Shown piece by piece: positions 5,940-15,141 of a stretch of DNA of 36,695 nt (within the stretch, counting starts at the first letter, position 1; each line of letters opens with the position of its first letter). Where the stretch lies: the IMG/VR virus record IMGVR_UViG_3300043959_000048. One strand, 5' to 3'. The translations under genes and the position numbers were made by a program. Origin of the DNA: a virus. The notes beneath the pieces were generated by a model that did no database searches, was not told the DNA's origin, and saw nothing but the letters and a program-made list of their open reading frames with translations.

Positions 5940-6833
5940 TTATTGTCCGTCGTCGTAGACGAGGCCGATCTGCGGGCCGGTGATGTAGCAGGGCGTGGAT
6001 GGGCTGGTGAAATCGTTGAGTGCGCCGGTCGTGTAATACGTTGGTGTGCGGATGTCGATGGTGCCGTCCGCGCGCACGCTCAGCCCGTTGCCGGGTTTTA
6101 CGGTGCCTAATACGGTGGCGGTGGCGGCTTTGGCTTGCGCGGCCGCGTTGGCTGCATCAGCCGCAGCGGTGGCGTCACTGGCTGCGCTCTGCGCCTGAGT
6201 GGTAGCTGCGGTAGCGTTGCTGGTTGCGTCTTGGGCTGCGGATGCTGCGGCATTGGCGGTGCCGGCAGCCGTGTTGGCTGCATCCCTCGCGGTATTGGCT
6301 TGAGTGGCTGCCGTGTTGGCTTGCGTAGCTGCGATGGTGGCGGATGATGCGGCCGTGTTGGCGTTGCTGGCAGCTTCGTTGGCTTGCGTGGTCGCGGTGC
6401 CGATCGCTGCGATGGCTTGTTTGAATTCGGCCAGATCATCAGGCACCTCGCCGGTGGCTTGCAATACGCTTGGCTCGACTAACGCTTCGAAATTGCGGCT
6501 GTCGATGATCATGCCGTTGCGGCTGAGCTCCACGCCAAACGTCACCGCGGCAGTGGCCAGTGCCTGGCGTGGAATGGGTGTGGAGAATGTGAGCGTGTCC
6601 GCGCCTGTCACGGGGCTCATGGTCACGTAGCCGCCCGATGAGCCGGACAGGTCACGATTCCATAATAATCGTGCGCTGATGCCAGTATCGGTCACGGGCA
6701 CGCCATCATCGCTTACGCGCACCCGGAACGAGCGCCCGCTCACGTCCCCGGCGTTTAATCGTACGGGTGGGATCCAGTCCGATGCCGTGTCGAGGCTGAT
6801 GTCAATGGCCCGGTAGTCGTCTAAAACGCTCAT
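5940..6833 (-). CDS. Baseplate upper protein-like tail fibre / receptor-binding protein (BppU-like N-domain, coiled-coil shaft, small C-terminal head)
   Basis: SD GAGGAGAG. The N-terminus RLNAGDVSGRSFRVRVSDDGVPVTDTGISARLLW fits the BppU N-terminal pattern. Aa 149-239 form 13 consecutive Ala/Thr/Asn heptads. It sits downstream of Tal. Confidence 0.75.
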   Translation of the reverse strand: MSVLDDYRAIDISLDTASDWIPPVRLNAGDVSGRSFRVRVSDDGVPVTDTGISARLLWNRDLSGSSGGYVTMSPVTGADTLTFSTPIPRQALATAAVTFGVELSRNGMIIDSRNFEALVEPSVLQATGEVPDDLAEFKQAIAAIGTATTQANEAASNANTAASSATIAATQANTAATQANTARDAANTAAGTANAAASAAQDATSNATAATTQAQSAASDATAAADAANAAAQAKAATATVLGTVKPGNGLSVRADGTIDIRTPTYYTTGALNDFTSPSTPCYITGPQIGLVYDDGQ

Positions 6834-6846
6834 ATTCAGCTCTCCT

Positions 6847-8961
6847 CTAGCTTAGGGGTGTCACGCACGCCCAGTGGCGGTTCGATTCGAATTTCCAGGC
6901 GCCGTTGTTCGCGCAAAACGCTTGCACGCAATGACGCGTTTCCATGTAATAGCTTGTGTATGGCTGCAAGCCGGTGACCAGGAAACTGTTGGAGACGCTC
7001 GAGCCGACGGTCTGCTTCGAATTGTTCTCCCACACGGCGTTCGACACTTTCACCGCGTCGGCCATGTTCTGGTCCTTGATCAGCGTGTTCGACCCATCCG
7101 CGTTGTGCCGCCAGACTTGGAATGAGTATCCGGGCACGGCGATGGTCGTGCCGTTGGTCGAGCCCAACGCCTGGATATATACGCCGATGTACGCGCCAAT
7201 ATCAATGCGCACCGACGTATTCCAGTTCGTTTCGAAAGAGATCCGCACGCACGCATCGTCGTACGGGTCGGGGCTCCATGAGCGATTATACGTACTCGGG
7301 CTGGCTCCACTCGTCCAACTCTGAGCGGCGACCGCGAACAATGGGTCGGTGTTGAATACGCTGCGGCTGATGTCTCGCATCCGGCCCGAGCCAGTGTCCA
7401 ATAAGGTGAATCCGTTGGCGGCGTCGGCGCCCATATGCGCGTATGGCGTCCCGTTTTTGTACGCGGTCACGCCATTGCCGTCCAACCCCACGTAATTATT
7501 CGACGTACTGGAGCGGATGCTGACGTTCGCGGCGTTGATGATCCCCGTGTATAGGGCGTCGGCCACGAGACCATGCCCGTTGCCCAGTGTGCGCCAATCC
7601 CAATCGCCATTGGATTTCCTGCCGTCCGCGATACGCAGGTAGCCGCCGCCCAGTTGGATCGCCATCGTAGGATTCTGATCCTCCGGCCTGTCATACACGT
7701 AAAGCCCCTGCCCGGGCTTGATGTACGTGTATCCGCCGGTCGCGTTCATAATCCCGTTGAGACCGGATATGACGTCGTTGAGATAATCGTTGCCCAATGT
7801 GGCGGCGGAATCCCAGCTGCTCGCATGCCCGGTGAGCTGATCGAGCGCCTGCTGCACGCGCGCCGAACGCTGCGTGTAACTCTGCGTGATATTGCCCAAT
7901 GTGATCTTCGCGTCCGACAGGGGGCCGACCAGATCCTCCTCAAGCTTGAGCACCCGACCCTCTAATCGCAGGGCGGGCGTGAACGTGGTGTCCACGATAT
8001 GCACGCTGTCGCCCACGTCAACCCCGTCCGCGTCCAAGCCCGCCCGGCCGAGCGCGGCCACATCCGCCTCATAGCTCACTACGGGCTTGCTTACTTCAAG
8101 CAGCCGCGCCTTGGTGTGGGCGAGCAGCACACTGGGATCGTCATCATCCGGGAATTCCGCGTCGCCTACGCTTGGGGAGATCGACCCGTCCGGGCCGACC
8201 ATGCCCCAGGCGGCGGTTGCCGCCGCGTCCTCCACATACTTGAGCCCATGGTTGACGCTGCTGAAATCGATTTTGCGACTATAGCCGCCGGTCGCATCCC
8301 CCTCATCATCCGTCTGCTCGATGCCCTTGCCCCACCCGTATAGTCTGGTGATGACGTCTGACGCGTCGACTGTGCGACGGATACCAGTCAAATCACGCCC
8401 GTACTCGAACCGGCGGGTCACGGACGCGGATCCCCGGCGCGCGGGAAGATCCACAATCCTGCGGGCAATAGCGCGCTTATCCGGGGTGAGCGCGATACGC
8501 GTAGACAATTCCAGCCCATACGTGTCAGTGATCGACTGGATCGCCGACAGCACGCTCATGTGATAGAACGCGAGGTCAGCCGTCGGCGTGGATCCGGCCC
8601 CCACCTCGCCCAATGACCACCGGGTGCCCGCCAATGCCTTGGCCAGACAGTCGGCCGGGTATGCGCCGCGATTGCGCACGTCGACAATGTACGCGCGCGA
8701 CAGCTCCGCGATGCTGCCCGAGCAGTATGCGGTAGTCACCGGCATGCCATCCGCGCGCTGCACGTCAACCGACCGCACCACATACTCACACCACCGGCCC
8801 AGCGAGTCGCGGAATACAATGCGATCATCCTTGGCAACCATGGCCCCGGTGACCACGTCCAACGTGTCGGTCGCGTCAGTGGCGCGCGACCGCACCGCGC
8901 TGCGCACATCACCGAGATCCGAAACATAGGATCCCCACCGGTCAAAAAGCATGAAACGCAT
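6847..8961 (-). CDS. Tail-associated protein Tal (prophage tail endopeptidase / minor structural protein family) with C-terminal putative binding domain
   Basis: 704 aa, positioned after tape measure and Dit. The N-terminal two thirds look like siphovirus Tal. SD AAGGGG. Confidence 0.8.
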   Translation of the reverse strand: MRFMLFDRWGSYVSDLGDVRSAVRSRATDATDTLDVVTGAMVAKDDRIVFRDSLGRWCEYVVRSVDVQRADGMPVTTAYCSGSIAELSRAYIVDVRNRGAYPADCLAKALAGTRWSLGEVGAGSTPTADLAFYHMSVLSAIQSITDTYGLELSTRIALTPDKRAIARRIVDLPARRGSASVTRRFEYGRDLTGIRRTVDASDVITRLYGWGKGIEQTDDEGDATGGYSRKIDFSSVNHGLKYVEDAAATAAWGMVGPDGSISPSVGDAEFPDDDDPSVLLAHTKARLLEVSKPVVSYEADVAALGRAGLDADGVDVGDSVHIVDTTFTPALRLEGRVLKLEEDLVGPLSDAKITLGNITQSYTQRSARVQQALDQLTGHASSWDSAATLGNDYLNDVISGLNGIMNATGGYTYIKPGQGLYVYDRPEDQNPTMAIQLGGGYLRIADGRKSNGDWDWRTLGNGHGLVADALYTGIINAANVSIRSSTSNNYVGLDGNGVTAYKNGTPYAHMGADAANGFTLLDTGSGRMRDISRSVFNTDPLFAVAAQSWTSGASPSTYNRSWSPDPYDDACVRISFETNWNTSVRIDIGAYIGVYIQALGSTNGTTIAVPGYSFQVWRHNADGSNTLIKDQNMADAVKVSNAVWENNSKQTVGSSVSNSFLVTGLQPYTSYYMETRHCVQAFCANNGAWKFESNRHWACVTPLS

Positions 8962-8970
8962 GAAAACCCC

Positions 8971-9303
8971 TTAAACGATGTAGCAAATAGAAAAATATAT
9001 CTTCGAGCCCGCGCTCATTGTGATGTCAGCCTGATTTGCAAAACCGACGATCCCATTCGATCCCACATAATATAAATTCCTCGGAGATCCGCCATCGTTA
9101 AATGCCTGCTGAGCCCGCGGCCGGTACTCCACTGGTAATGTATATACCTCTAAATACTGCTTAGAAGCCACATCCACCGGCAGTGGGAATCCATCGAACC
9201 GCAACTGTACAACCGGGCCGAACACATCAACATACACCCCTTCCTGCAATTGCTTCGTCACCGATTTCAAAGGGGGGGGGGGGAGTATTTGCGTACGCGC
9301 CAT
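8971..9303 (-). CDS. Orphan small protein (110 aa) between Dit and Tal; carries a 12-nt poly-C tract at codons 7-11
   Basis: SD AAGGAG with a 6-nt spacer. The protein starts MARTQILPPPPLKS. About 50% G+C by hand count, well below the flanking genes. No family recognised. Confidence 0.65.
   Translation of the reverse strand: MARTQILPPPPLKSVTKQLQEGVYVDVFGPVVQLRFDGFPLPVDVASKQYLEVYTLPVEYRPRAQQAFNDGGSPRNLYYVGSNGIVGFANQADITMSAGSKIYFSICYIV
9272..9283. repeat. Homopolymeric tract G12 (C12 on the coding strand)
   Basis: Counted directly: a + 9 g (9272-9280) + 3 g (9281-9283). It encodes CTC CCC CCC CCC CCT in the 8971-9303 ORF. Confidence 0.95.
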
Positions 9304-9318
9304 AAGAGGCTCCTTACA

Positions 9319-10086
9319 TTAGATCATGGTCTGAGGCTCATAAGAAAGCGAGCCGGAACAATTAGTCAGCGTCAGCTGCGTGGCTTTCGGCACCAGGGGA
9401 AACCAATCGGAATCCAATGTGACCGGCACCACATTGCCGTTCGCGCGAGCCACACGATGAGCGCAATCAAACACCACCAAACCAGTGACCATGGCGCCCG
9501 GCGCATACGTCAAGTGACGTGACCCGCACGACACCGACACACTCGACACCCCGCCAGACGGCGACACCGACAACACCGGCCACGACTCACGATTCCCAGC
9601 CACACGCACCCACTGAGCGCCCGAAACCAAGGGCACAGAGCGACGGCTACCATACAGGTACGGTTGCGCAGTCAACACCACCTGTATGCTGCTCTCTCTT
9701 GGAGCAATCGCATATCGTTTATCTGCCCACGTACCGGTCTTCAGCCTGCCCCGGTATTGGCCAGGAAGACCACGCCACTGGATAGTGGCTTGGCTCCCGT
9801 TAAGTGCGCCAAGACGCATTTTTGCCGATATGAGATCATCTTCTCGACTATTGGCGATAAGCGTCATCGTGATGTCTCTCATGCCCGGATACGCGTTTCC
9901 CTGATCGTCGGTCAGAGACTGATCGACAGCTCCTGCCGACCCCGGAATAGTCACGAGACTAATCGCAGAGTCACTGGCAGCTATCACCAGCCCCTCTGCT
10001 CCCAGTCTCAACATCATGCGTTCGATCGGCATATCATTGATCTTGAGATCCTCGACAAAAGGGATTCGCGTGTACATGTCAAGCAT
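9319..10086 (-). CDS. Distal tail protein Dit (siphovirus tail component family)
   Basis: 255 aa, located immediately downstream of the tape measure gene. Size and position are typical of Dit. Confidence 0.75.
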   Translation of the reverse strand: MLDMYTRIPFVEDLKINDMPIERMMLRLGAEGLVIAASDSAISLVTIPGSAGAVDQSLTDDQGNAYPGMRDITMTLIANSREDDLISAKMRLGALNGSQATIQWRGLPGQYRGRLKTGTWADKRYAIAPRESSIQVVLTAQPYLYGSRRSVPLVSGAQWVRVAGNRESWPVLSVSPSGGVSSVSVSCGSRHLTYAPGAMVTGLVVFDCAHRVARANGNVVPVTLDSDWFPLVPKATQLTLTNCSGSLSYEPQTMI

Positions 10087-10089
10087 GGC

Positions 10090-13000
10090 TCACCTACCAT
10101 TTCTCATTTGTCGTTCCAGCTCGTAGCTCAACGGTTTCGTCAGTTTCCCAGCCATGACCGCGACGCCTTTATCGTTGAGCTCTAATACGATTCCGCGGCG
10201 CATCGCCGAGGCTATAGCGTTGGCAATATTGTTCTCGGTCAGACCAAGTGGAGCAGCAACCGTATTTACCGTCGATATCTGTGTTTTAACCGGCAGATCA
10301 CCGGTACGGTTCATCTGGTCGAGATTCGATATGCCGATTCGTTTCGCCGCCCACGCGCGCACCACGTATTCCTTGTCGCTGAGCATGGTGGGGATACTGT
10401 CAGATGTAGTAGTGCCCGGCCCGGTAACATACCCGTTCGGCCCTCCGTCGGCCAAATGCTGGATTGGGCCGCCGTTCGCACGATGTATGAGACCGCCATT
10501 AGCACTATGGCCGAAATAAGCGGTCATAGAACTTCCGATTCCACTGAAGAAGTTCTTGATATTGCTCCACGCTCCGCCGGCCATTTTCGCGAAGAAATTC
10601 GTCGTATGGCTGCCGGGCACGCTCCCTATGGCATTTCGGGCGCTCCGAACTTCATTGCCTGTCTGGTCAATGGCATGCAGGTGGGCGTTGGGGCTTTCCC
10701 TGCCGAAACTGCGCATGGATGCTACCGCTTGACCGGTTTTGCTCATCGCATCACTGTTGTTAGCCGTGAGCAGTGATTTGACTTCCTTGGGCAGCCGGTC
10801 GTAGTTGATATGCAGGTTGTTAGTGTCGCCGTTCGCCTGGGCGGTGAGAGCTGACATGACGGTCTGCTTCTGTTTCGGCGTCAATCCGAGCGTGTCCAGA
10901 TACGCTTGGACTTGGCCTTTAGTCATATTCGCATTCTCGGTGATCTTGGTGCCCACGTCGCCTGGTATCAGTCCGAGCTTGTCCGCATACTGCTCCGCTC
11001 CTTGCTGGCTCATGCCCATCGACCGCAACGTGTCGATGAGGCTGTCGCGCATCTGCTGCACTTCGTTCTTCGCCGCCTGCGTTGACTGGGCGAGAGTGCC
11101 GTTTGCTTTGCCGTAGGCGAGCTGCTGCTGCACGTTGACCATGAGCGCGTCCGTCGACTGCTGGATCGCCTGACTGCTCGCGTCAGTCAACCCCCTGTTA
11201 TGGGACAGGTCATCGCCATTGGCCTTGAGCGTCGTGGAAAGCTCGGAGAACTTCGACTGCACCATCGAGGATGCCGAATTGACTCCCTGCGCGGTGGTCG
11301 AATAGTCGACCATCGCTCTAATGGTGTCCTTGTACGAGTCGCGCAATCCGTTGACGGTGTCCTTGATGGACTGCATCTTGGCTTTGTATGTGCCGTTGAT
11401 GGTGATACCGCTGCCGGCCGCATCGTTCAACTGCTTCAACGCGCCGGAGTTTCCTTCGACCGCCTGCTGCACGGTGGACAGACTCGTGCCCGTGTCCCTG
11501 ATAAGAGCGGAAAGATTCGAGTCCTTGCCGAAGCTCGAGAGCTTGTCAATGAAACCGAGGTCGCCGGTCTTACCTGCGGACACGCTGCTCCAGAACGCGC
11601 TCGTGCTCTCCGCACCGCCGCGCATCGCCTGGCTGAACGCATCCGTCGTGGCCTTCGACTTCTCCTGCTGGTCGCTCATGGTCGCCAAATACCCTGTGAC
11701 GCCAAGGGCCGCCGCACCGAACATGATGCCTGCAGCGCTGAAACCGCCGACCGAAGATGAAAGCACGCCGGTCTTACCGGCAGCACCAGAAGCCTTGGCC
11801 CCTACCTGCTCGACCTTGCCGGCGGTGTGGCCGAGGCTTCCGGCGGCGGATTCGGCGCTTCCCGCCGTGTTGGACAGGGTGTCGGCCAGTCCGGTCAATG
11901 CCTGCGTCTTCGACAGTCTCTGTGAAATCAGACCGCCGATGGCGCCGGACACCGAGCCGATGCCGCCGGTCACGGTCTTGAGAACGTTGACCACGCCGCT
12001 GATCGGCGTGATGACGCTGCGCATCTGACCACCGAACAACACTGTCGCCGCGATGCCGGTCTGCACCGGCTGAGGCAGACGCTCGAATGTCTTGATGAGA
12101 TCAGCGAGAATCGGCAGCACCGGCCGTACAAGATTCAACGTGGAACTTACCCCGTTGAGTCCGCGGTCGAGCAGGGAGAATCCCGAGTTCGCGCCCGTGA
12201 ACGTCGACTTCACCGGTGAAACCGCGTCGATGACCTGCTTGACGCCGCCACGAATTCCCGAGAACGAGTCGAGCAGACGGTTCATGGTCGCGTCGTCGAT
12301 GTGGAACGCGGTCTGGAACGCCTTGGCGAACTGATGCTTCTCCACCATGCCGCTGACGGAATCCCACGTTTTCGTGAACCATGAGGTGAAACCGGACAGC
12401 TTGTCCGTAGCGAAGTTGATCGCACCGGTCAACTGTGGTTTCAACGCAGTCAGCACACTCTGGCCGAACCCGGTGACGGCGGCCTGCCAGTTGCCGATGG
12501 CCCCCTCGAACGTGCTCGTCGACTGAGCGGCCTGTTTGGCCGCATCAGTCATGCCGAGATCCATGATCGCCTTGTTGAATTCCTCGGCGGTGATCTGACC
12601 TTTGGCCATGGCGTCACGGAAATTGCCGGTGAACGCCTTGTTTTTCTTCATCGCGTCCTGGAGTTTGCCGGACGCCCCGGGGATGGCGTCTGCCATCTGA
12701 TTCCAGTTTTCAGTCGTCAGTTTGCCGGCGCCTGCCGTCTGCGTAAGCACCATGCTCACGCTTTTGAACGTGTCGGCGTTGCCTCCTGCAACAGCATTGA
12801 GGTTTCCTGCCGCTTCTGCCAACTGCCCGTAGCCCTTGACTCCATTGGCAGCGAGCTGAGACGTGGCATTACGGATATCCGCAATGTCATACACGGTCAC
12901 ATCAGCGTAATGCTGAGTGCTTTTGGTGAGCTTCGCGATCGTGCCATTGTCGATGTTGGCGAACGTGAGGGTGGATTTGAACTTGTCCGTGGAATCAGAC

Positions 13001-13707
13001 GCGTCCATCGCGCTTTGGGACATTCCAGAGAACAATCCCATGATGCGTTGCGTAGCCGCTGACGCTATTCCGGCGACTACACCCCATTTGATGCTGAACC
13101 GGTCGAGATTACCGCTAACGGTATCGATCTTCTCGTTGTCAAGACTACGGACACTGTTTTTGATCCGGTCGATCGCTCTCGTGAACAGACTGGTCTTGGG
13201 AGCTTCGACCGTTGCTGTCTTCACATTAGCGACGGCCTGCTTCGCGTTCTTCAACCGCTCCTGCGCTGAGGTGAGCGTCTGACTGGCCGCTTCTTCCCTG
13301 CGCTGGGCGGAAGCGAGCTTCTCTGATGCTGCGATGGCCTGGGATGACCCTGCTCCGTATTTCTCAACGGCCTCATTGAGCTTGGCCTGCGCGACACGCA
13401 CCGCTCCAGCGGCGTCCTGCTGCTTGAGCAGTGCCGAGCTCATGGCCCTCGCTGCCGAAGAGACCTCGCCTTTCAGCTTCGACATGGCCTTCGACCCAAG
13501 ATCACCGGTGGACCCGTCGAACGACGACTTGAGATTCCTGCCCAGATCAGCGCCTGTCTTAGAGCCGACGCCCTTGAATAGGCGGCTGAACAGGCTGGAT
13601 CCCTCGTTCCCCGACCCCTGCACTTCCTTGAGTACAGTGGAGCGGAAGCCTTTCATGTCGGCGAATATGGAGACGTGTGCGGAACCAACTTCTGAGCCGT
13701 TAGCCAT
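10090..13707 (-). CDS. Tape measure protein
   Basis: About 1205 aa, Ala/Gly/Ser-rich and helical, with hydrophobic stretches. It follows the G/G-T chaperone pair. SD AGGAGA lies 6 nt before ATG 13707; the ORF track starts at TTG 13713. Confidence 0.9.
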   Translation of the reverse strand: MANGSEVGSAHVSIFADMKGFRSTVLKEVQGSGNEGSSLFSRLFKGVGSKTGADLGRNLKSSFDGSTGDLGSKAMSKLKGEVSSAARAMSSALLKQQDAAGAVRVAQAKLNEAVEKYGAGSSQAIAASEKLASAQRREEAASQTLTSAQERLKNAKQAVANVKTATVEAPKTSLFTRAIDRIKNSVRSLDNEKIDTVSGNLDRFSIKWGVVAGIASAATQRIMGLFSGMSQSAMDASDSTDKFKSTLTFANIDNGTIAKLTKSTQHYADVTVYDIADIRNATSQLAANGVKGYGQLAEAAGNLNAVAGGNADTFKSVSMVLTQTAGAGKLTTENWNQMADAIPGASGKLQDAMKKNKAFTGNFRDAMAKGQITAEEFNKAIMDLGMTDAAKQAAQSTSTFEGAIGNWQAAVTGFGQSVLTALKPQLTGAINFATDKLSGFTSWFTKTWDSVSGMVEKHQFAKAFQTAFHIDDATMNRLLDSFSGIRGGVKQVIDAVSPVKSTFTGANSGFSLLDRGLNGVSSTLNLVRPVLPILADLIKTFERLPQPVQTGIAATVLFGGQMRSVITPISGVVNVLKTVTGGIGSVSGAIGGLISQRLSKTQALTGLADTLSNTAGSAESAAGSLGHTAGKVEQVGAKASGAAGKTGVLSSSVGGFSAAGIMFGAAALGVTGYLATMSDQQEKSKATTDAFSQAMRGGAESTSAFWSSVSAGKTGDLGFIDKLSSFGKDSNLSALIRDTGTSLSTVQQAVEGNSGALKQLNDAAGSGITINGTYKAKMQSIKDTVNGLRDSYKDTIRAMVDYSTTAQGVNSASSMVQSKFSELSTTLKANGDDLSHNRGLTDASSQAIQQSTDALMVNVQQQLAYGKANGTLAQSTQAAKNEVQQMRDSLIDTLRSMGMSQQGAEQYADKLGLIPGDVGTKITENANMTKGQVQAYLDTLGLTPKQKQTVMSALTAQANGDTNNLHINYDRLPKEVKSLLTANNSDAMSKTGQAVASMRSFGRESPNAHLHAIDQTGNEVRSARNAIGSVPGSHTTNFFAKMAGGAWSNIKNFFSGIGSSMTAYFGHSANGGLIHRANGGPIQHLADGGPNGYVTGPGTTTSDSIPTMLSDKEYVVRAWAAKRIGISNLDQMNRTGDLPVKTQISTVNTVAAPLGLTENNIANAIASAMRRGIVLELNDKGVAVMAGKLTKPLSYELERQMRNGR

Positions 13708-13709
13708 TG

Positions 13710-14422
13710 TCAATCTCCTATTCTCATTTCGCTCATGGCAGCTATGCCAGCACTGGTCATTTCCTCATTCGATGGCGTATCGTCTGCCAGATGATAGGGG
13801 AGCAGTTGCTCAGGTAATCCCGCACGCAATAGACGCAGATAATCAGGCCATGCGATCGGATAATCGAAATTATTATGTTTCGCGCCGGTCATAGTCCCGG
13901 TATCGGACAGGAGCGACGCGTGCAATGCGATCGCATCCGCATAGCGGAGCCTGCCACCAACGTCACCCGACAGGCTCCATCCCAATCGGGCGAAATCCGC
14001 CGCGACCTCGATACGATCCGGGGTTACTTCGACCCAGAAGGCTCGTATTTTCCCAGTGACGCCAACTGCACGTTCTCGACCACGTCAGCATATTTGCTGG
14101 CGAGCGCGAGCAGTACTACGGATGGCTCCGATTCGATGGCTTGCATCATGGTTTTCGTGCCCAGGTTTTCTTTTTCGAGCAGGTGCTTGATCTGGTCGAG
14201 CGGGGTGAGTGTGTCATCCTGTCCGTCGAAATATTGTGCGGTCAGGTCGAGCGGTAGGCGGTATGTGTGCCCGGTGTAGGTGCGGATGTACATGTTCGGG
14301 TATTTGACGATGTACCGGTTCTGGACTTGCTCTCCGGCGGTGATGATGTCTTGTTCGAGCGTGCCGTCGTTGGCGTGTTCGAAATCGAGGTTTGTTGGGA
14401 TTCCAATATTTTTCGTAGTCAT
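13710..14422 (-). CDS. Tail assembly chaperone G-T fusion via -1 programmed ribosomal frameshift (predicted 237 aa)
   Basis: The 0 frame reads CTG GGA AAA. After a -1 slip the frame GGG AAA ATA ... stays open through the 13710-13985 ORF to the TGA at 13710-13712 (checked by hand). Confidence 0.7.
14024..14422 (-). CDS. Tail assembly chaperone, 0-frame product (gpG-like, 132 aa)
   Basis: Lies between the major tail and tape measure genes. It contains the slippery heptamer near its 3' end. Confidence 0.8.
   Translation of the reverse strand: MTTKNIGIPTNLDFEHANDGTLEQDIITAGEQVQNRYIVKYPNMYIRTYTGHTYRLPLDLTAQYFDGQDDTLTPLDQIKHLLEKENLGTKTMMQAIESEPSVVLLALASKYADVVENVQLASLGKYEPSGSK
14048..14054 (-). 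promoter_or_regulatory. -1 frameshift slippery heptamer G_GGA_AAA
   Basis: The plus strand reads ttttccc at 14048-14054. It is in the correct X_XXY_YYZ phase relative to the gpG frame. Confidence 0.7.
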
Positions 14423-14469
14423 GGTTCACTCCAATATTTGTTGTTCACTCGCGTTGATCCCCGTAGGGG

Positions 14470-14506
14470 CCCGGCCGCAGACTGAGTGAGAGTATCTGCG
14501 GCCGGG
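14470..14506 (-). terminator. Strong hairpin downstream of major tail protein gene (12-bp perfect stem)
   Basis: CCCGGCCGCAGA (14470-14481) pairs with TCTGCGGCCGGG (14495-14506) around a 13-nt loop. There is no U-tract, so it is either an I-shaped terminator or an mRNA stabiliser. Confidence 0.45.
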
Positions 14507-14518
14507 AGTAATGGTGGG

Positions 14519-15118
14519 TCAGCCCTGTGAGGCTGCCTTGGGGACAGCGGGGCCGAATTGCTTGTACGGGGATCCGTTGAACAATGGATCCTCTTCCCAT
14601 TTCAAGGTGACCTTGGTTCCGGGGTTCTCACCTCGGGAATCCTGGCCAGGCTCGACCTTGGTGACTTGGGCGACTCCGTTGCGACGTCGTTCGATGCCGC
14701 CGTCGCGATATTTGACGATCTCCGCGAGGATCAGACGAGCGTCGGGCAGTGACGTGTCGACGTAGATGATGCCGTTCGCGTCCGGTGTCTTTCCTTCGGT
14801 GAGCTGCAGCACCGCGGGATTGTCCTCCGCGCAAGTGACCTCAACGGTTCGCGTTGCGTCACCGGGCTTCTCATACCCTTTTTGCCAGAATTCAGTCGCG
14901 TCCTCAGAATCGATGGCGGTCTGGGGCGCGCCGTCCTTTTTTACCAGTCCGAGGATCTGGTATCCGGTAGGCAGCGTGAGTGGAGTGGCTCCGAGGTCAG
15001 CGTCCGCTATCACATTGTCGGCCGCGTATGGCGCGAATGCCAATGATCCTCCGATGGGGATATTGACTTTGCTCAGGTCGTTGCCAGCGGAATCAGCAGT
15101 AGGTGTGGTATCAGCCAT
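14519..15118 (-). CDS. Major tail protein
   Basis: 199 aa. SD TAAGGAG. Located between the tail terminator and the chaperones, and bracketed by hairpins. Confidence 0.75.
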   Translation of the reverse strand: MADTTPTADSAGNDLSKVNIPIGGSLAFAPYAADNVIADADLGATPLTLPTGYQILGLVKKDGAPQTAIDSEDATEFWQKGYEKPGDATRTVEVTCAEDNPAVLQLTEGKTPDANGIIYVDTSLPDARLILAEIVKYRDGGIERRRNGVAQVTKVEPGQDSRGENPGTKVTLKWEEDPLFNGSPYKQFGPAVPKAASQG

Positions 15119-15141
15119 ATTGGTTGCTCCTTATACGACAA

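Noticed and set aside
6020-6630. Cluster of overlapping 60-110-aa ORFs on both strands inside the fibre gene
   Set aside because: They arise from the GC-rich 21-nt-periodic repeat that encodes the Ala/Thr/Asn heptads. All are alternative frames of a well-supported gene.
5940-8961. Diversity-generating retroelement or invertible shufflon acting on the tail fibre/Tal genes
   Set aside because: No reverse transcriptase or invertase/Rin-type recombinase ORF occurs anywhere in the window. I also found no second (template) copy of the fibre 3' end and no flanking inverted repeats.
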